Source: an uncultured Clostridia bacterium
GTDB taxonomy: Bacteria; Bacillota; Clostridia; Christensenellales; Borkfalkiaceae
DNA length: 64,000 nucleotides
Direction of reading: 5' to 3'
Assembly: GCA_934272745.1 (NCBI GenBank)
Contig: CAKQSI010000003.1
Span: 21,420-85,419 of the forward strand
This document shows positions 45,821 through 54,619 of the stretch, in pieces. A program made the translations under genes and the position numbers. Every line of letters starts with the position of its first letter. Positions within the stretch are counted from its first letter, which is position 1. The notes under the pieces were generated by a model, which ran no database searches, was not told where the DNA came from, and was given only the letters and a program-made list of their open reading frames with translations.

Positions 45821-46958
45821 CGTACTGACGCTGTTTCCGGAAATGTTCGCGCCATTGAAAGAAAGCATTTTAAAGCGCGCGACGGAAGCGGGCGTTCTGG
45901 ATATCCGCGTATGGAATATCCGCGACTATTCGGCTGACAAGCACAAAAAGTGCGACGATTACCCCTTCGGCGGCGGCGCCGGCATGCTGATGACGCCCCA
46001 GCCGGTGGTTTCCTGTGTGAACGCGGTGGACCCCGATCACGAAGCGCGCCGCATTTACCTTTCGCCGAAAGGCAGAGTGTTCCGGCAGGAATACGTCAAA
46101 GAATACGCCGCATACCCCCGGCTTTTGTTTCTTTGCGGGCATTACGAGGGGGTGGATCAGCGCGCCATCGACCTGACCATGGACGAAGAACTTTCCATCG
46201 GCGACTACGTTTTGACGGGCGGCGAACTGCCCGCCATGGTGGTGACCGACGCGGTTGCGCGCTACGTCGAGGGGGTCATCAGCGCCGATTCGCTGAAAAA
46301 CGAGAGCCATACCGGGCGGCGGCTGGAATACCCGCAATACACCCGCCCGCAGGAATTTATGGGGCTTTGCGTGCCCGAAGTGCTGGTTTCGGGAGATCAT
46401 AAAAAGGTGGACGCCTGGCGGGAACGGGAAGCGTTGATTCTGACCCGCGCGCTCCGTCCCGACCTTTTGACCGAAGAGGAACTGACTTGCTCCTTGAACC
46501 CCGAAAAAAAGCCGAAAAGAAGAAGGTCTTCGACCTCTCATCTAAAGTCCGAGGGTTCGGAGATAGGTGCGGCTGAGGGCGGGTCTTCGACCTCTCATCT
46601 AAAGTCCACGGGCGCAGGGGAGATCGTTGCTGAAGGCGGGTCTTCGACCTCTCATCTAAAGTCCGAGGGTTCGGAGATAGGTGCGGCTGAGGGCGGGTCT
46701 TCGACCTCTCATCTAAAGTCCGAGGGCGCGGAAACAGGTGCGGCTGAGGGCGGGTCTTCGACCTCTCATCTAAAGTCCGCGAGTGCGGAAACAGGTGCGG
46801 CAACTTCCGGCATTGCAACCGCGTCGGCGCAGACGGAAAAGTTGTCGGCGGCGGACAATATGGCGGCAGATAATTTAGCGGCGGACAATATGGCGGCAGA
46901 TAATACGACAGCCCCCGCGTTCCCCGCGCCGCAGAAACAACAGGAGGACGAAGAATGA
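45810..46958 (+). CDS. trmD: tRNA (guanine37-N1)-methyltransferase TrmD with an in-frame tandem-repeat C-terminal extension of about 140 aa
   Basis: MRIDVLTLFPEMF..., YPFGGGAGMLM, YVLTGGELPAMVVTDAV. The normal TrmD end lies near RALRPDLL. Then come 5 x 19 aa (GGSSTSHLKSEGSEIGAAE) and AADNMAADNL repeats. The stop overlaps the rbgA start (ATGA). Confidence 0.9.
   Translation: MRIDVLTLFPEMFAPLKESILKRATEAGVLDIRVWNIRDYSADKHKKCDDYPFGGGAGMLMTPQPVVSCVNAVDPDHEARRIYLSPKGRVFRQEYVKEYAAYPRLLFLCGHYEGVDQRAIDLTMDEELSIGDYVLTGGELPAMVVTDAVARYVEGVISADSLKNESHTGRRLEYPQYTRPQEFMGLCVPEVLVSGDHKKVDAWREREALILTRALRPDLLTEEELTCSLNPEKKPKRRRSSTSHLKSEGSEIGAAEGGSSTSHLKSTGAGEIVAEGGSSTSHLKSEGSEIGAAEGGSSTSHLKSEGAETGAAEGGSSTSHLKSASAETGAATSGIATASAQTEKLSAADNMAADNLAADNMAADNTTAPAFPAPQKQQEDEE
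46525..46809 (+). repeat. In-frame coding tandem repeat, 5 x 57 bp, in the trmD 3' extension
   Basis: Units starting GGTCTTCGACCTCTCATCTAAAGTCC at 46525, 46582, 46639, 46696 and 46753. Confidence 0.95.
46848..46907 (+). repeat. In-frame coding tandem repeat, 2 x 30 bp (4 x 15 bp), in the trmD 3' extension
   Basis: GCGGCGGACAATATGGCGGCAGATAAT... at 46848 and 46878 (AADNMAADN). Confidence 0.95.
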
Positions 46959-47854
46959 AAACCATTCAGTGGTTCCCCGGACATATGACCAAAGCCCTCC
47001 GCATGATGGAGGACAACTTAAAACTTTGCGACGGCGCCGTCGTGGTGCTGGACGCGCGCTGCCCCGTTGCCTGCCTCAATCGGCGGCACGAGGCGCTGTT
47101 TGCAAATAAACCGGTGCTGTACATTCTCAACAAGTCCGACTTAGTTCCGCCACAGACGGTAAAAGCGTTCGTCGCCTCTTTTGAAAAAACGGGCAGGCGC
47201 GTGGCGGCGGTTTCTGCAAACGGGCAGAAAGACGTCCCCCTTCTGCGCGCAAAAATCGACGATTTGTTTGCGGAAAAGCGGGAACGCAACCGCAAAAAAG
47301 GGGTCAATCTGCCCATGCGCGTCATGGTGGCGGGCATTCCCAACACCGGCAAAAGCACGCTGATCAATGCCCTTGCGGGCGAGAAAAAAGCCGTGACGGG
47401 TGACAAAGCGGGCGTGACCCGCGGTAAACAGTGGATCCGCGTGGGAAATCTCGACCTGTTGGATACCCCCGGCACCATGCCGCCCTATTTCGACAGCCAG
47501 CGTTTTGCCCGGCATCTGGCGTACGTCGGCTCCATCAACGACGATATTCTGGATTTCGACGACCTTTCGCTCTGCTTTTTGGAGGAGATTGCCGGCAGCC
47601 CCTATCTGCCGCTCCTGACCGAAAAATACGGCGTGACCGGGCAGGAAGAAACGCCGCTTTTAATGCTGGAACAGGTCGCTTCCTCCCGCGGATTTTTACT
47701 GCGCGGCGGGGAAATCGACTACGACCGCGCCGCCCGCGCCGTCATCAACGATTTCAGAAAGGGCAGAACGGGCAAAATCGCGCTCGAAACCGCTACTGCG
47801 GAAGAATTTGCCGCCGCGAGAGATAAAAAGACTGCTTCCGAAAAGGGGGAGTAA
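46955..47854 (+). CDS. rbgA: Ribosome biogenesis GTPase A (YlqF/RbgA)
   Basis: IQWFPGHMTKA. Circularly permuted GTPase motifs: LNKSDL, GIPNTGKSTLINAL and DTPG. Confidence 0.92.
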   Translation: MKTIQWFPGHMTKALRMMEDNLKLCDGAVVVLDARCPVACLNRRHEALFANKPVLYILNKSDLVPPQTVKAFVASFEKTGRRVAAVSANGQKDVPLLRAKIDDLFAEKRERNRKKGVNLPMRVMVAGIPNTGKSTLINALAGEKKAVTGDKAGVTRGKQWIRVGNLDLLDTPGTMPPYFDSQRFARHLAYVGSINDDILDFDDLSLCFLEEIAGSPYLPLLTEKYGVTGQEETPLLMLEQVASSRGFLLRGGEIDYDRAARAVINDFRKGRTGKIALETATAEEFAAARDKKTASEKGE

Positions 47855-47870
47855 TGAAAGCGGTCGTTGC

Positions 47871-48040
47871 GGAAAAACTTCCGCGGACGTCGGGCTGTTT
47901 GGAAAATTTTTCGCGCACATTCCGATTGACCGGAAAAACTTTCGCGCGCGCTTCCGATTGATCGAGTGATTTTCCGCGCGCCGGTCGGATCGCCCGGAAA
48001 AACTTTCGCGCGCCGGTCTGCCCGAAAATCTTTTCGCCAT
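47871..48040. repeat. Three degenerate units of about 62 bp
   Basis: GGAAAAACTT(C/T)CGCG... at 47871, 47932 and 47996, between rbgA and rnhB. Confidence 0.8.
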
Positions 48041-48068
48041 ACAAATTCGATTGTTTAAAGGTTCGCAA

Positions 48069-48722
48069 ATGAAAAAAGTTCAGGATTTTTCCGAAAAACT
48101 GATTTACGAAAGAAAGGCGCTTGCCGCCGGCTGTACGTTTGTCGCCGGGACGGACGAAGTGGGGCGGGGACCGCTGGCAGGTCCCGTGGTGTGCTGCGCC
48201 GTTATTCTGCCGCTGGGGGAAGAAGACCTTGTTTTGGGGGTTGACGACAGTAAAAAAGTTTCTGCCAAAAAAAGAGAGGCTTTGGCGGAAACTTTGCAGA
48301 AAAAAGCCATATCTTGCGCCATTTGCGAGGTTTCACCCGAGGAAATCGACCGCGTCAATATTTTGAACGCCACCAAAAATTGCATGAAAACCTGCGTGGA
48401 ACGCCTCTCGCCCCGCCCCGATCTTTTGCTGGTGGACGCGGTGGATACCACGTTCTGCGTCCCGCACGAGTCCATCATCAAGGGCGATGCAAAGAGTTAT
48501 CTGGTGGGCGCCGCTTCCATCATTGCCAAGGTCTACCGCGACAGACTGATGGACGAATATGACGCGTTATATCCTGCTTACAATTTCAAAAAAAATAAAG
48601 GCTATGGCACGAAAGAACATATCGACGCCATTCGGGAGGTGGGACCGTGCCCCATTCACAGGAAGACCTTCATAAAAAACTTTTGGGACGAAGAGGCGAA
48701 CGCGCCGCGCAAAAGTTCTTAA
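48069..48722 (+). CDS. rnhB: Ribonuclease HII
   Basis: VAGTDEVGRGPLAGPVV, DDSKKVS, SIIAKVYRD, GYGT. I prefer ATG 48069 over the ORF-track TTG at 48051. Confidence 0.92.
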   Translation: MKKVQDFSEKLIYERKALAAGCTFVAGTDEVGRGPLAGPVVCCAVILPLGEEDLVLGVDDSKKVSAKKREALAETLQKKAISCAICEVSPEEIDRVNILNATKNCMKTCVERLSPRPDLLLVDAVDTTFCVPHESIIKGDAKSYLVGAASIIAKVYRDRLMDEYDALYPAYNFKKNKGYGTKEHIDAIREVGPCPIHRKTFIKNFWDEEANAPRKSS

Positions 48723-49090
48723 AAAAACAGGGCGCGGAGATTTTAGAAACCAACCTTCGTACCCCGTTCGGGGAGGCGGACGTCGTCGCGCTGTGCGGCG
48801 AAACGCTGATCTTTGCGGAAGTCAAAACCAGAACGCGGGAAGATTACGGAGCCGCTTCCGAAGCGGTGAACGCGAAAAAGAGAGAACGGTATCAAAAAAT
48901 CGCGTCCTGGTACCTGCAAAAGGAGAATCTTGCGGACGAATATTTCGTGCGGTTTGACGTTGTCGAAGTCTATCCCGGCGGCGTCCCCGCGGAAGAACTG
49001 ACCGGGGAAGAACGCGCGTCCGCCCGCTTAAAAAAGGACGGCAAGCATTGTAAAAGTAAGATTCGCCATCTCCCCGCGGCGTTTGACTGA
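48647..49090 (+). CDS. yraN: YraN family (UPF0102) endonuclease-like protein
   Basis: [35 protein letters not shown]...LIFAEVKTR...RFDVVEV. GTG start after GGAGGTG. It overlaps the rnhB 3' end by 76 nt, so the exact start is uncertain. Confidence 0.8.
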   Translation: MPHSQEDLHKKLLGRRGERAAQKFLKKQGAEILETNLRTPFGEADVVALCGETLIFAEVKTRTREDYGAASEAVNAKKRERYQKIASWYLQKENLADEYFVRFDVVEVYPGGVPAEELTGEERASARLKKDGKHCKSKIRHLPAAFD

Positions 49091-49142
49091 GGGTTGAAAG
49101 CGTTTTTCGTCGTCGGTTGCCGGGGAATATTTTTTCGCGGCG

Positions 49143-49196
49143 TTCGACGAAAGCCTGCGGGAGGATTCGTTCGACGAAAGCCTGCGGGAGGATTCG
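49143..49196. repeat. Tandem repeat, 2 x 27 bp
   Basis: TTCGACGAAAGCCTGCGGGAGGATTCG at 49143 and 49170. Confidence 0.95.
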
Positions 49197-49323
49197 TTTG
49201 CCCGAAAGCGCGAAGTTCACCCCAAAACAAGGCGATTTTCACCTTAAAAACGAAAAAGCTGCAAAATTCCCCCCGAAAAGGCGCTTTTCTTGCGAAAAAC
49301 AAAAAATTGCGACGTCAAAACGC

Positions 49324-49352
49324 TTGCGTTTTTATCCGCAACGTGATATACT
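49324..49352 (+). promoter_or_regulatory. Sigma-A-type promoter dedicated to rplS
   Basis: TTGCGT (49324-49329), 17-nt spacer, TATACT (49347-49352). The 5' UTR of about 60 nt contains GGATTACG twice. Confidence 0.6.
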
Positions 49353-49416
49353 CTTATGGATTACGGGCGGTCCTCTTGTCCCAAAGCGGATTACGAACGT
49401 CTATGGAGGTTTTTTT

Positions 49417-49761
49417 ATGAAAGGAATTATCGAAGCGATCGAAAAAGAAAACATGCGCTCTGATATCCCCGATTTCCGCGTTGGCGATACCGTTAAGGTA
49501 TCCGTTAAGGTCGTCGAGGGTACGAGAGAAAGACTGCAGGCGTTTGAAGGCGTCGTCATTGCCAGAAAGAACGGCAGCGTAAGAGAAACGTTCACCGTCA
49601 GAAGAATTTCCTTCGGCGTCGGCGTAGAACGTACGTTCCCGCTCCATTCGCCCAAGATCGGCAAGATCGAAGTGGTGAAGCGCGGTATGGTAAGAAGAGC
49701 GAAACTGTACTACCTGAGAGGTCTGACCGGCAAAGCCGCCAAGATCAAGGAAGTTCTGTAA
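49417..49761 (+). CDS. rplS: 50S ribosomal protein L19
   Basis: [63 protein letters not shown]; GGAGGT RBS. ATG 49417 is in frame with ORF 49117. Confidence 0.95.
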   Translation: MKGIIEAIEKENMRSDIPDFRVGDTVKVSVKVVEGTRERLQAFEGVVIARKNGSVRETFTVRRISFGVGVERTFPLHSPKIGKIEVVKRGMVRRAKLYYLRGLTGKAAKIKEVL

Positions 49762-49937
49762 GCGCATTTTCGATCCCGAAAAGAAGGGTACAAAGCCGAA
49801 AATTCGGCGGACAATCTTTCCGTTCGGCTGCCGGGATTATCCGGCGACAATGAAAAAGAAACCAGAGGAAAACGGATTTGGAGGAATTCAAGTCCGTTTT
49901 TGTCATAATAGGGGATTTTTCGGCAGCGGAATTTGTT

Positions 49938-50074
49938 GCGCCGGAAGATGAAAAGTCTTTCCACTCAAGAAAAGCGAACGCTTCCGCGCAAAAGCGACAG
50001 AGGCGAACGCTTCCGCGCAAAGGAGCGAACGCCTGCAATAAAGTTCAGGTCGGGCGTGCGCCGGAAGATGAAAA
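49938..50074. repeat. Nested direct repeats
   Basis: GCGCCGGAAGATGAAAA at 49938 and 50058 flanks GCGAACGCTTCCGCGCAAA at 49974 and 50003, with a partial copy at 50025. Confidence 0.85.
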
Positions 50075-50110
50075 TTCAAAAAGCAAAAATCCATAAAAAG
50101 AGAACGAGAA

Positions 50111-51400
50111 ATGGAAACACAACGCGAAGAAAAAAAATGGAGGAAAGCGTTTAAGGCAAAAGCGTTTTCCGTCATCAAAAAAATCGATCCCGCCGTGGCG
50201 CTTGTGTGCGTCATGGCAGTAAGTATTACGGTTTTTGCGATTTATTCCCTGATCAAAGGTCCGTCCGGATTTTTATCCGTCTTTTTCCGCGACAGCGGCG
50301 ATCTGTTTATGGATTATTTCAATTCCATTCGCGACGCGGCGCAGGGGACGGGCGTTTATACCGACCGGAACGTGATTTATCCGCCGATGGCAAACCTTAT
50401 CTTTCTGCTGTTTGCAAGGATCGTTCCGAACGAGTATCTCATGTCCTCGTGGGAAAATCGGCAGACCTGGGTGGAGTATCCGTCGGCAATTTTATCGGTA
50501 TTTCTGTTTTTAACAATTCCCACCGTGCTGCTCGTTCTTCTGGCGCGGAAGAATATGAAAGGGCGGGACAACCTGCAATGGCTGGCGATTTTCCTGCTGA
50601 TTTTCAGCATTCCCATGCTGTATTTGTACGAACGCGGCAACAGCCTGATCTGGACGGTGCTTGCCGTTTCCGCCTATCTTTTTTGCTATGACGACGAAAA
50701 CGTCTGGAAACGGGAGCTCGCGCTCGTCGCGCTGGCGTTCGCTTTTTCGCTCAAACTGTACCCGGCAATTTTAGGGCTTCCGCTGCTTGCGGACAGAAGG
50801 TATAAAGACGCGGCGCGCTGCGCGGTTTATGGAATCGCACTGCTCGTTTTGCCCTCGTTTTGCTTCGGCGGACCCAAATGCTTCCTCTGGATTTACGAAA
50901 ATATCCGCAATTTTTCCTCCAACGCGGGGAACGGGCTTGGGTCGTTCCTGTTCTTTGCGGGCGCGATATTTTACATCATCGCCTGCTTTATGCAGAAGGA
51001 TCGCTGTAAAGTCTGGCTGTTCGGCATGGCGCTTTTGCGGGTCTATCCGGCGCTGAGTTCCAACTATTCCTGGACGCTGTTTTTTGCGCCCGTCATCCTT
51101 CTTTGCAACAAAAACGAGCGACTGAACGAGAACAACTGGCTGTATTTTTTGCTTTCGGTAGAACCGTTTTTGTTCATTCCCGGATTCAACTGGGTGTTGA
51201 ATTACGCCTTGGTAACGTTGATTTTATACGGACTTTTGGCGCTTTCGGGCTTAGATACCGTGCGCGCTCTGAAAGAAGATCACGTCCGGAGATTCGAAAA
51301 GGCAAGCGGCGATTGGTATTTATTGAATCAACCTCTCGGCAAGCGGTTTTTACGGCGGCTTTCTTCGGCAAAGAAAAAGGCGGCGAAAAAGGCTTCGTAG
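50111..51400 (+). CDS. Polytopic membrane protein, DUF2029/GT87-like (GT-C type) glycosyltransferase candidate
   Basis: About 10 or more hydrophobic segments. The first loop (SGDLFMDYFNSIRDAAQGTGVYTDRNVIYPPMANLIF) has the acidic motif and YPP typical of GT87/DUF2029-type enzymes. Basic C-terminal tail. Confidence 0.45.
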   Translation: METQREEKKWRKAFKAKAFSVIKKIDPAVALVCVMAVSITVFAIYSLIKGPSGFLSVFFRDSGDLFMDYFNSIRDAAQGTGVYTDRNVIYPPMANLIFLLFARIVPNEYLMSSWENRQTWVEYPSAILSVFLFLTIPTVLLVLLARKNMKGRDNLQWLAIFLLIFSIPMLYLYERGNSLIWTVLAVSAYLFCYDDENVWKRELALVALAFAFSLKLYPAILGLPLLADRRYKDAARCAVYGIALLVLPSFCFGGPKCFLWIYENIRNFSSNAGNGLGSFLFFAGAIFYIIACFMQKDRCKVWLFGMALLRVYPALSSNYSWTLFFAPVILLCNKNERLNENNWLYFLLSVEPFLFIPGFNWVLNYALVTLILYGLLALSGLDTVRALKEDHVRRFEKASGDWYLLNQPLGKRFLRRLSSAKKKAAKKAS

Positions 51401-51450
51401 ACTTTTGAAAGGCAAACCGCCGGGGCGGCGCGCGTGAAAAGCGAAGCGCG

Positions 51451-51522
51451 TATCAAAAATCGGCGTACGTATATCAAAAATCGAATAAAAAAGCAGTGCG
51501 GTTCTGACGATATCAAAATCTC
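51451..51522. promoter_or_regulatory. Three TATCAAAA(A)TC boxes upstream of the aminotransferase-licC-licD genes
   Basis: TATCAAAAATCG at 51451 and 51472 (21-bp spacing) and TATCAAAATCTCG at 51511. They lie in the 154-bp gap before ATG 51555. Confidence 0.35.
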
Positions 51523-51554
51523 GCTGCGCTGTCAATACAGGAGAAAAAAAGGAA

Positions 51555-52631
51555 ATGCTTAATTTTACCGTGGGACCCGTGCAGACGTTTGACGACGTAA
51601 AAAAAGTCGGTGCGGAAGACGTCCCGTACTTCCGCACGCCGGAATTTTCGGCTGTCGTAAAAGATTGCGAACGACTGCTGAAAAAATTTCTGCACGCGGA
51701 CGAGAACGCCCGCGCGTTGCTTCTGACGGGGTCGGGAACGTTCGCTATGGAGGCTTCCGTCACCAACCTGTTTACCGCTTCGGATAAACTTCTGGTGGTC
51801 AACGGCGGCAGTTTCGGCGCGCGGTTTGCCGAAATCTGTCGTATTCACGCAATCCCGCACGAAGAAATTCGACTGCCTGCAGGAAAAACGCTTCGTGCAG
51901 AAGATCTCGTCCCGTACGAAAATCGCGGGTTCACCGGCTTTCTGGTCAATGTGGACGAAACTTCCACCGGCGTGTGGTACGATCTTGACCTGATCGGTGC
52001 GTTTTGCAAACGGAACGGACTGATTCTGGTCGTGGACGCGATCAGTTCGTTTCTTGCCGACCCGCTCGATATGCTTGCCTGCGGCGCGGATTGCGTGATT
52101 ATCGGTTCGCAAAAGGCGCTGGCGCTGGCGCCCGGACTGTCGATCGTCGTGCTTTCGCCCCGTGCGGTAAAACGCGTGGAAAACAGCGCGACTTTTTCGC
52201 TGTATATGGATCTGAAAGCGGCGCTTACCAACGGGGAGCGCGGACAAACGCCTTTTACGCCTGCCGTGGGAACCATTCTGCAACTTGCGGCAAGGCTGAA
52301 CTCGATCGACCGCGTGGGGGTAGAAGCCGAGCAGAAGCGCATTGCCGCGCTCGCCGCGGACTTCCGCGAAAAGGTCAAAGCGCTGCCCTTTACCGTGTTT
52401 TCCGACCGCCTTTCCAACGCGGTGACGCCGCTGTTCGTGCAAGGGAAGTGCGCCTATCGCATTTTTGAAATTCTGAAAGACGAGTACGATACGTGGGTTT
52501 GCCCCAACGGCGGCGCATTGAAAGAGGACGTGTTCCGCGTCGGACATCTCGGCAATCTGACCGAAAAGGATAACGATCGGCTCATCGCCGCGCTGCTGGA
52601 TCTGAAAAAACGCGGCGTTCTCGGCGAATAA
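51555..52631 (+). CDS. Class V (AGT/PhnW-like) pyridoxal-phosphate aminotransferase
   Basis: FTVGPV...PYFRTPEF...LLLTGSGTFAMEA...VDETSTGV...VVDAISSF...GSQKALALAPGLS (the PLP Lys lies in SQK). The substrate cannot be called from sequence. Confidence 0.8.
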   Translation: MLNFTVGPVQTFDDVKKVGAEDVPYFRTPEFSAVVKDCERLLKKFLHADENARALLLTGSGTFAMEASVTNLFTASDKLLVVNGGSFGARFAEICRIHAIPHEEIRLPAGKTLRAEDLVPYENRGFTGFLVNVDETSTGVWYDLDLIGAFCKRNGLILVVDAISSFLADPLDMLACGADCVIIGSQKALALAPGLSIVVLSPRAVKRVENSATFSLYMDLKAALTNGERGQTPFTPAVGTILQLAARLNSIDRVGVEAEQKRIAALAADFREKVKALPFTVFSDRLSNAVTPLFVQGKCAYRIFEILKDEYDTWVCPNGGALKEDVFRVGHLGNLTEKDNDRLIAALLDLKKRGVLGE

Positions 52632-52778
52632 CCGGAAACTTTTGCCGGGAGGCGCGGGACTGTCTGCAAGAACAGGACAATACGGGTCGGCGCCGGAGAT
52701 AAGACCGGGGGCAATCGCCGGAGAACGCCGGCAACACGGGGAGAAATTAGCAATACGCTGTCACAAAGGAAGAGATCG

Positions 52779-53531
52779 ATGAAATGTTTACTACTTGCCG
52801 CCGGCAGGGGAACGCGGATCAGCAGATGCCTGAACGACCGACCGAAGTGTACCGTAGGTATCGGCGATACGTCTTTAATCCGCTATACCGTGGATTTATT
52901 GAAGAAGTACGGCGTAAGCGATATTTCGCTTTCCGTCGGCTATAAAAAAGAAGATATTCAGCAGGAACTGCAGGGCGAAAACTGCAAGTTTTATTATAAT
53001 CCGTTTTTTGACGTCACCAATTCCATCGCCTCCGCCTGGTTCGCCAGAGAGGTTTACGGGGGGGGGTATCACGAACCCGTCCTCATCATGAACGCGGACG
53101 TATACCTTGAGGAATCGTTGTTGAAAGAAATACTGGATTCGGCAAAAAAGCCGTTTCCGGAAGACGCGCTGCCGGTTCGGCTGTATATGGATTCTTCCCG
53201 CATTAAAGAAGCCGACTATCGGTTCGCCGTGCGGGACGGTATGTTGGAAAAGTACGGGAAAGAATTGACCGACGAGGAAACTTCGGGCGAATATATCGGC
53301 GCGGCGCTGCTTTCCGGTGCTTTTTTGCCGCGGTTTGCGGAAAAAATAGACGAAATGATCGACAATCAAAAACATTCGGTGTGGTGGGAAAACGCGATTT
53401 ACGCCTTTGCGGAAGAAGAACGCGTACCTGTTTCGGACGTCCGCGGGAAATTCTGGGCGGAAGTGGACTATATCGAGGATTATATGCGCATTCTGGGTCA
53501 TTGCAGCCGGCAGCAGGAGAAAGTGGTATGA
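52779..53531 (+). CDS. LicC-like nucleotidyltransferase (phospho-headgroup cytidylyltransferase family)
   Basis: LLLAAGRGTRISRCLNDRPKCTV is the NTP-transferase G-loop. Also IMNADVY, GEYIGAALLS and FWAEVDYIEDY at the C-terminus, as in LicC-type enzymes. Confidence 0.7.
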   Translation: MKCLLLAAGRGTRISRCLNDRPKCTVGIGDTSLIRYTVDLLKKYGVSDISLSVGYKKEDIQQELQGENCKFYYNPFFDVTNSIASAWFAREVYGGGYHEPVLIMNADVYLEESLLKEILDSAKKPFPEDALPVRLYMDSSRIKEADYRFAVRDGMLEKYGKELTDEETSGEYIGAALLSGAFLPRFAEKIDEMIDNQKHSVWWENAIYAFAEEERVPVSDVRGKFWAEVDYIEDYMRILGHCSRQQEKVV

Positions 53532-54490
53532 TAAACGAAGAACGCGGCGAGACGAGAAGAACGGAAGCCGGCGCTTCGACCGGCGAAAAAGCAGGCGCCT
53601 GTGCTACCCGTGCGGAAGCCGATAAAAAGGCAAGCGTCGGCGCCGTGACCGGAAAAATCGCCCTTTCCAAGCAAAGCGACGAAGATCGCTACGGTCTTGC
53701 CGGTTTGCACCAAAAATTACTGAAACTGCTGCTTGCGTTCGACGCGTTCTGCAAACGGCACGAAATCGAATATTTTCTGGATTCCGGCACGCTGCTCGGC
53801 GCGGTCCGGCACGGGGGATTTATCCCTTGGGACGACGATCTGGACGTCGCGATGAAGCGTTCGGAATACGAAAAGTTTTTAAAAGTCAAAGGGGAAATGC
53901 CGGCGCCTTACCGCGTGGTGTTGCCTTCCGATTTCGCCCCGTATTTTTTTGATTTCTCGGTGCGGGTGATCGACACCGCTACGCGCCTGCGGGAAGAAAC
54001 CGCGGCGGACGAAGCGCAGCACGGTTATGAAAACCGCGCTTCGCTCGATATTTTTGTGCTGGACGACGCGCCGGACGGAAAGGGTGCTTTTCGCCGCACG
54101 GTGTTCCGCCAAAAAATGCTGTACGGGGAAGCGATGCAGTATCGCTACGACCGGAAGTTGCATTCCTATCACGGCGTTGACCGTCTGAAAGTTGCGGTTC
54201 TGCGCACGTTGGGGCGGTTCCGCAAGTTGCCGCGCATTCTGAAAGACAAAGAAAAACTGGACGTGAAGTACGCCGGCAAAAGGGGCGCGGATTATTACGC
54301 GAGCAACGGCATTTTATCCTGGCTGGATAAGCGTTTTCCGAAAATCTGTTATCGGGCGGCGGTCGATCTGCCTTTCTGCGGCGTAATGCTGCCGTGCCCC
54401 GTCGATTACGACAAAACTTTGACGGTGATGTACGGCGATTATATGACGCCTCCTCCCGAAGAGGAACGAAAACCCATTCACGCGGAGTAG
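53528..54490 (+). CDS. LicD-family phosphotransferase (phosphocholine / phospho-alcohol transferase family)
   Basis: Its start overlaps the upstream stop (ATGA). HEIEYFLDSGTLLGAVRHGGFIPWDDDLDVAMKRSEY is the LicD DxD motif. It has an N-terminal low-complexity segment of about 60 aa. Confidence 0.8.
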   Translation: MINEERGETRRTEAGASTGEKAGACATRAEADKKASVGAVTGKIALSKQSDEDRYGLAGLHQKLLKLLLAFDAFCKRHEIEYFLDSGTLLGAVRHGGFIPWDDDLDVAMKRSEYEKFLKVKGEMPAPYRVVLPSDFAPYFFDFSVRVIDTATRLREETAADEAQHGYENRASLDIFVLDDAPDGKGAFRRTVFRQKMLYGEAMQYRYDRKLHSYHGVDRLKVAVLRTLGRFRKLPRILKDKEKLDVKYAGKRGADYYASNGILSWLDKRFPKICYRAAVDLPFCGVMLPCPVDYDKTLTVMYGDYMTPPPEEERKPIHAE

Positions 54491-54619
54491 CTGCGATTAA
54501 GGAAGGGATTGATTCGTCTGGGAATGTTTCAAAAAACGCGGTACGTGTGCCGAAAACGGGAACGTTGCCTTGGAATCGGACGAAAAAATCGACGGGCGGC
54601 AGAAAGGAGCAAAAGGGTT

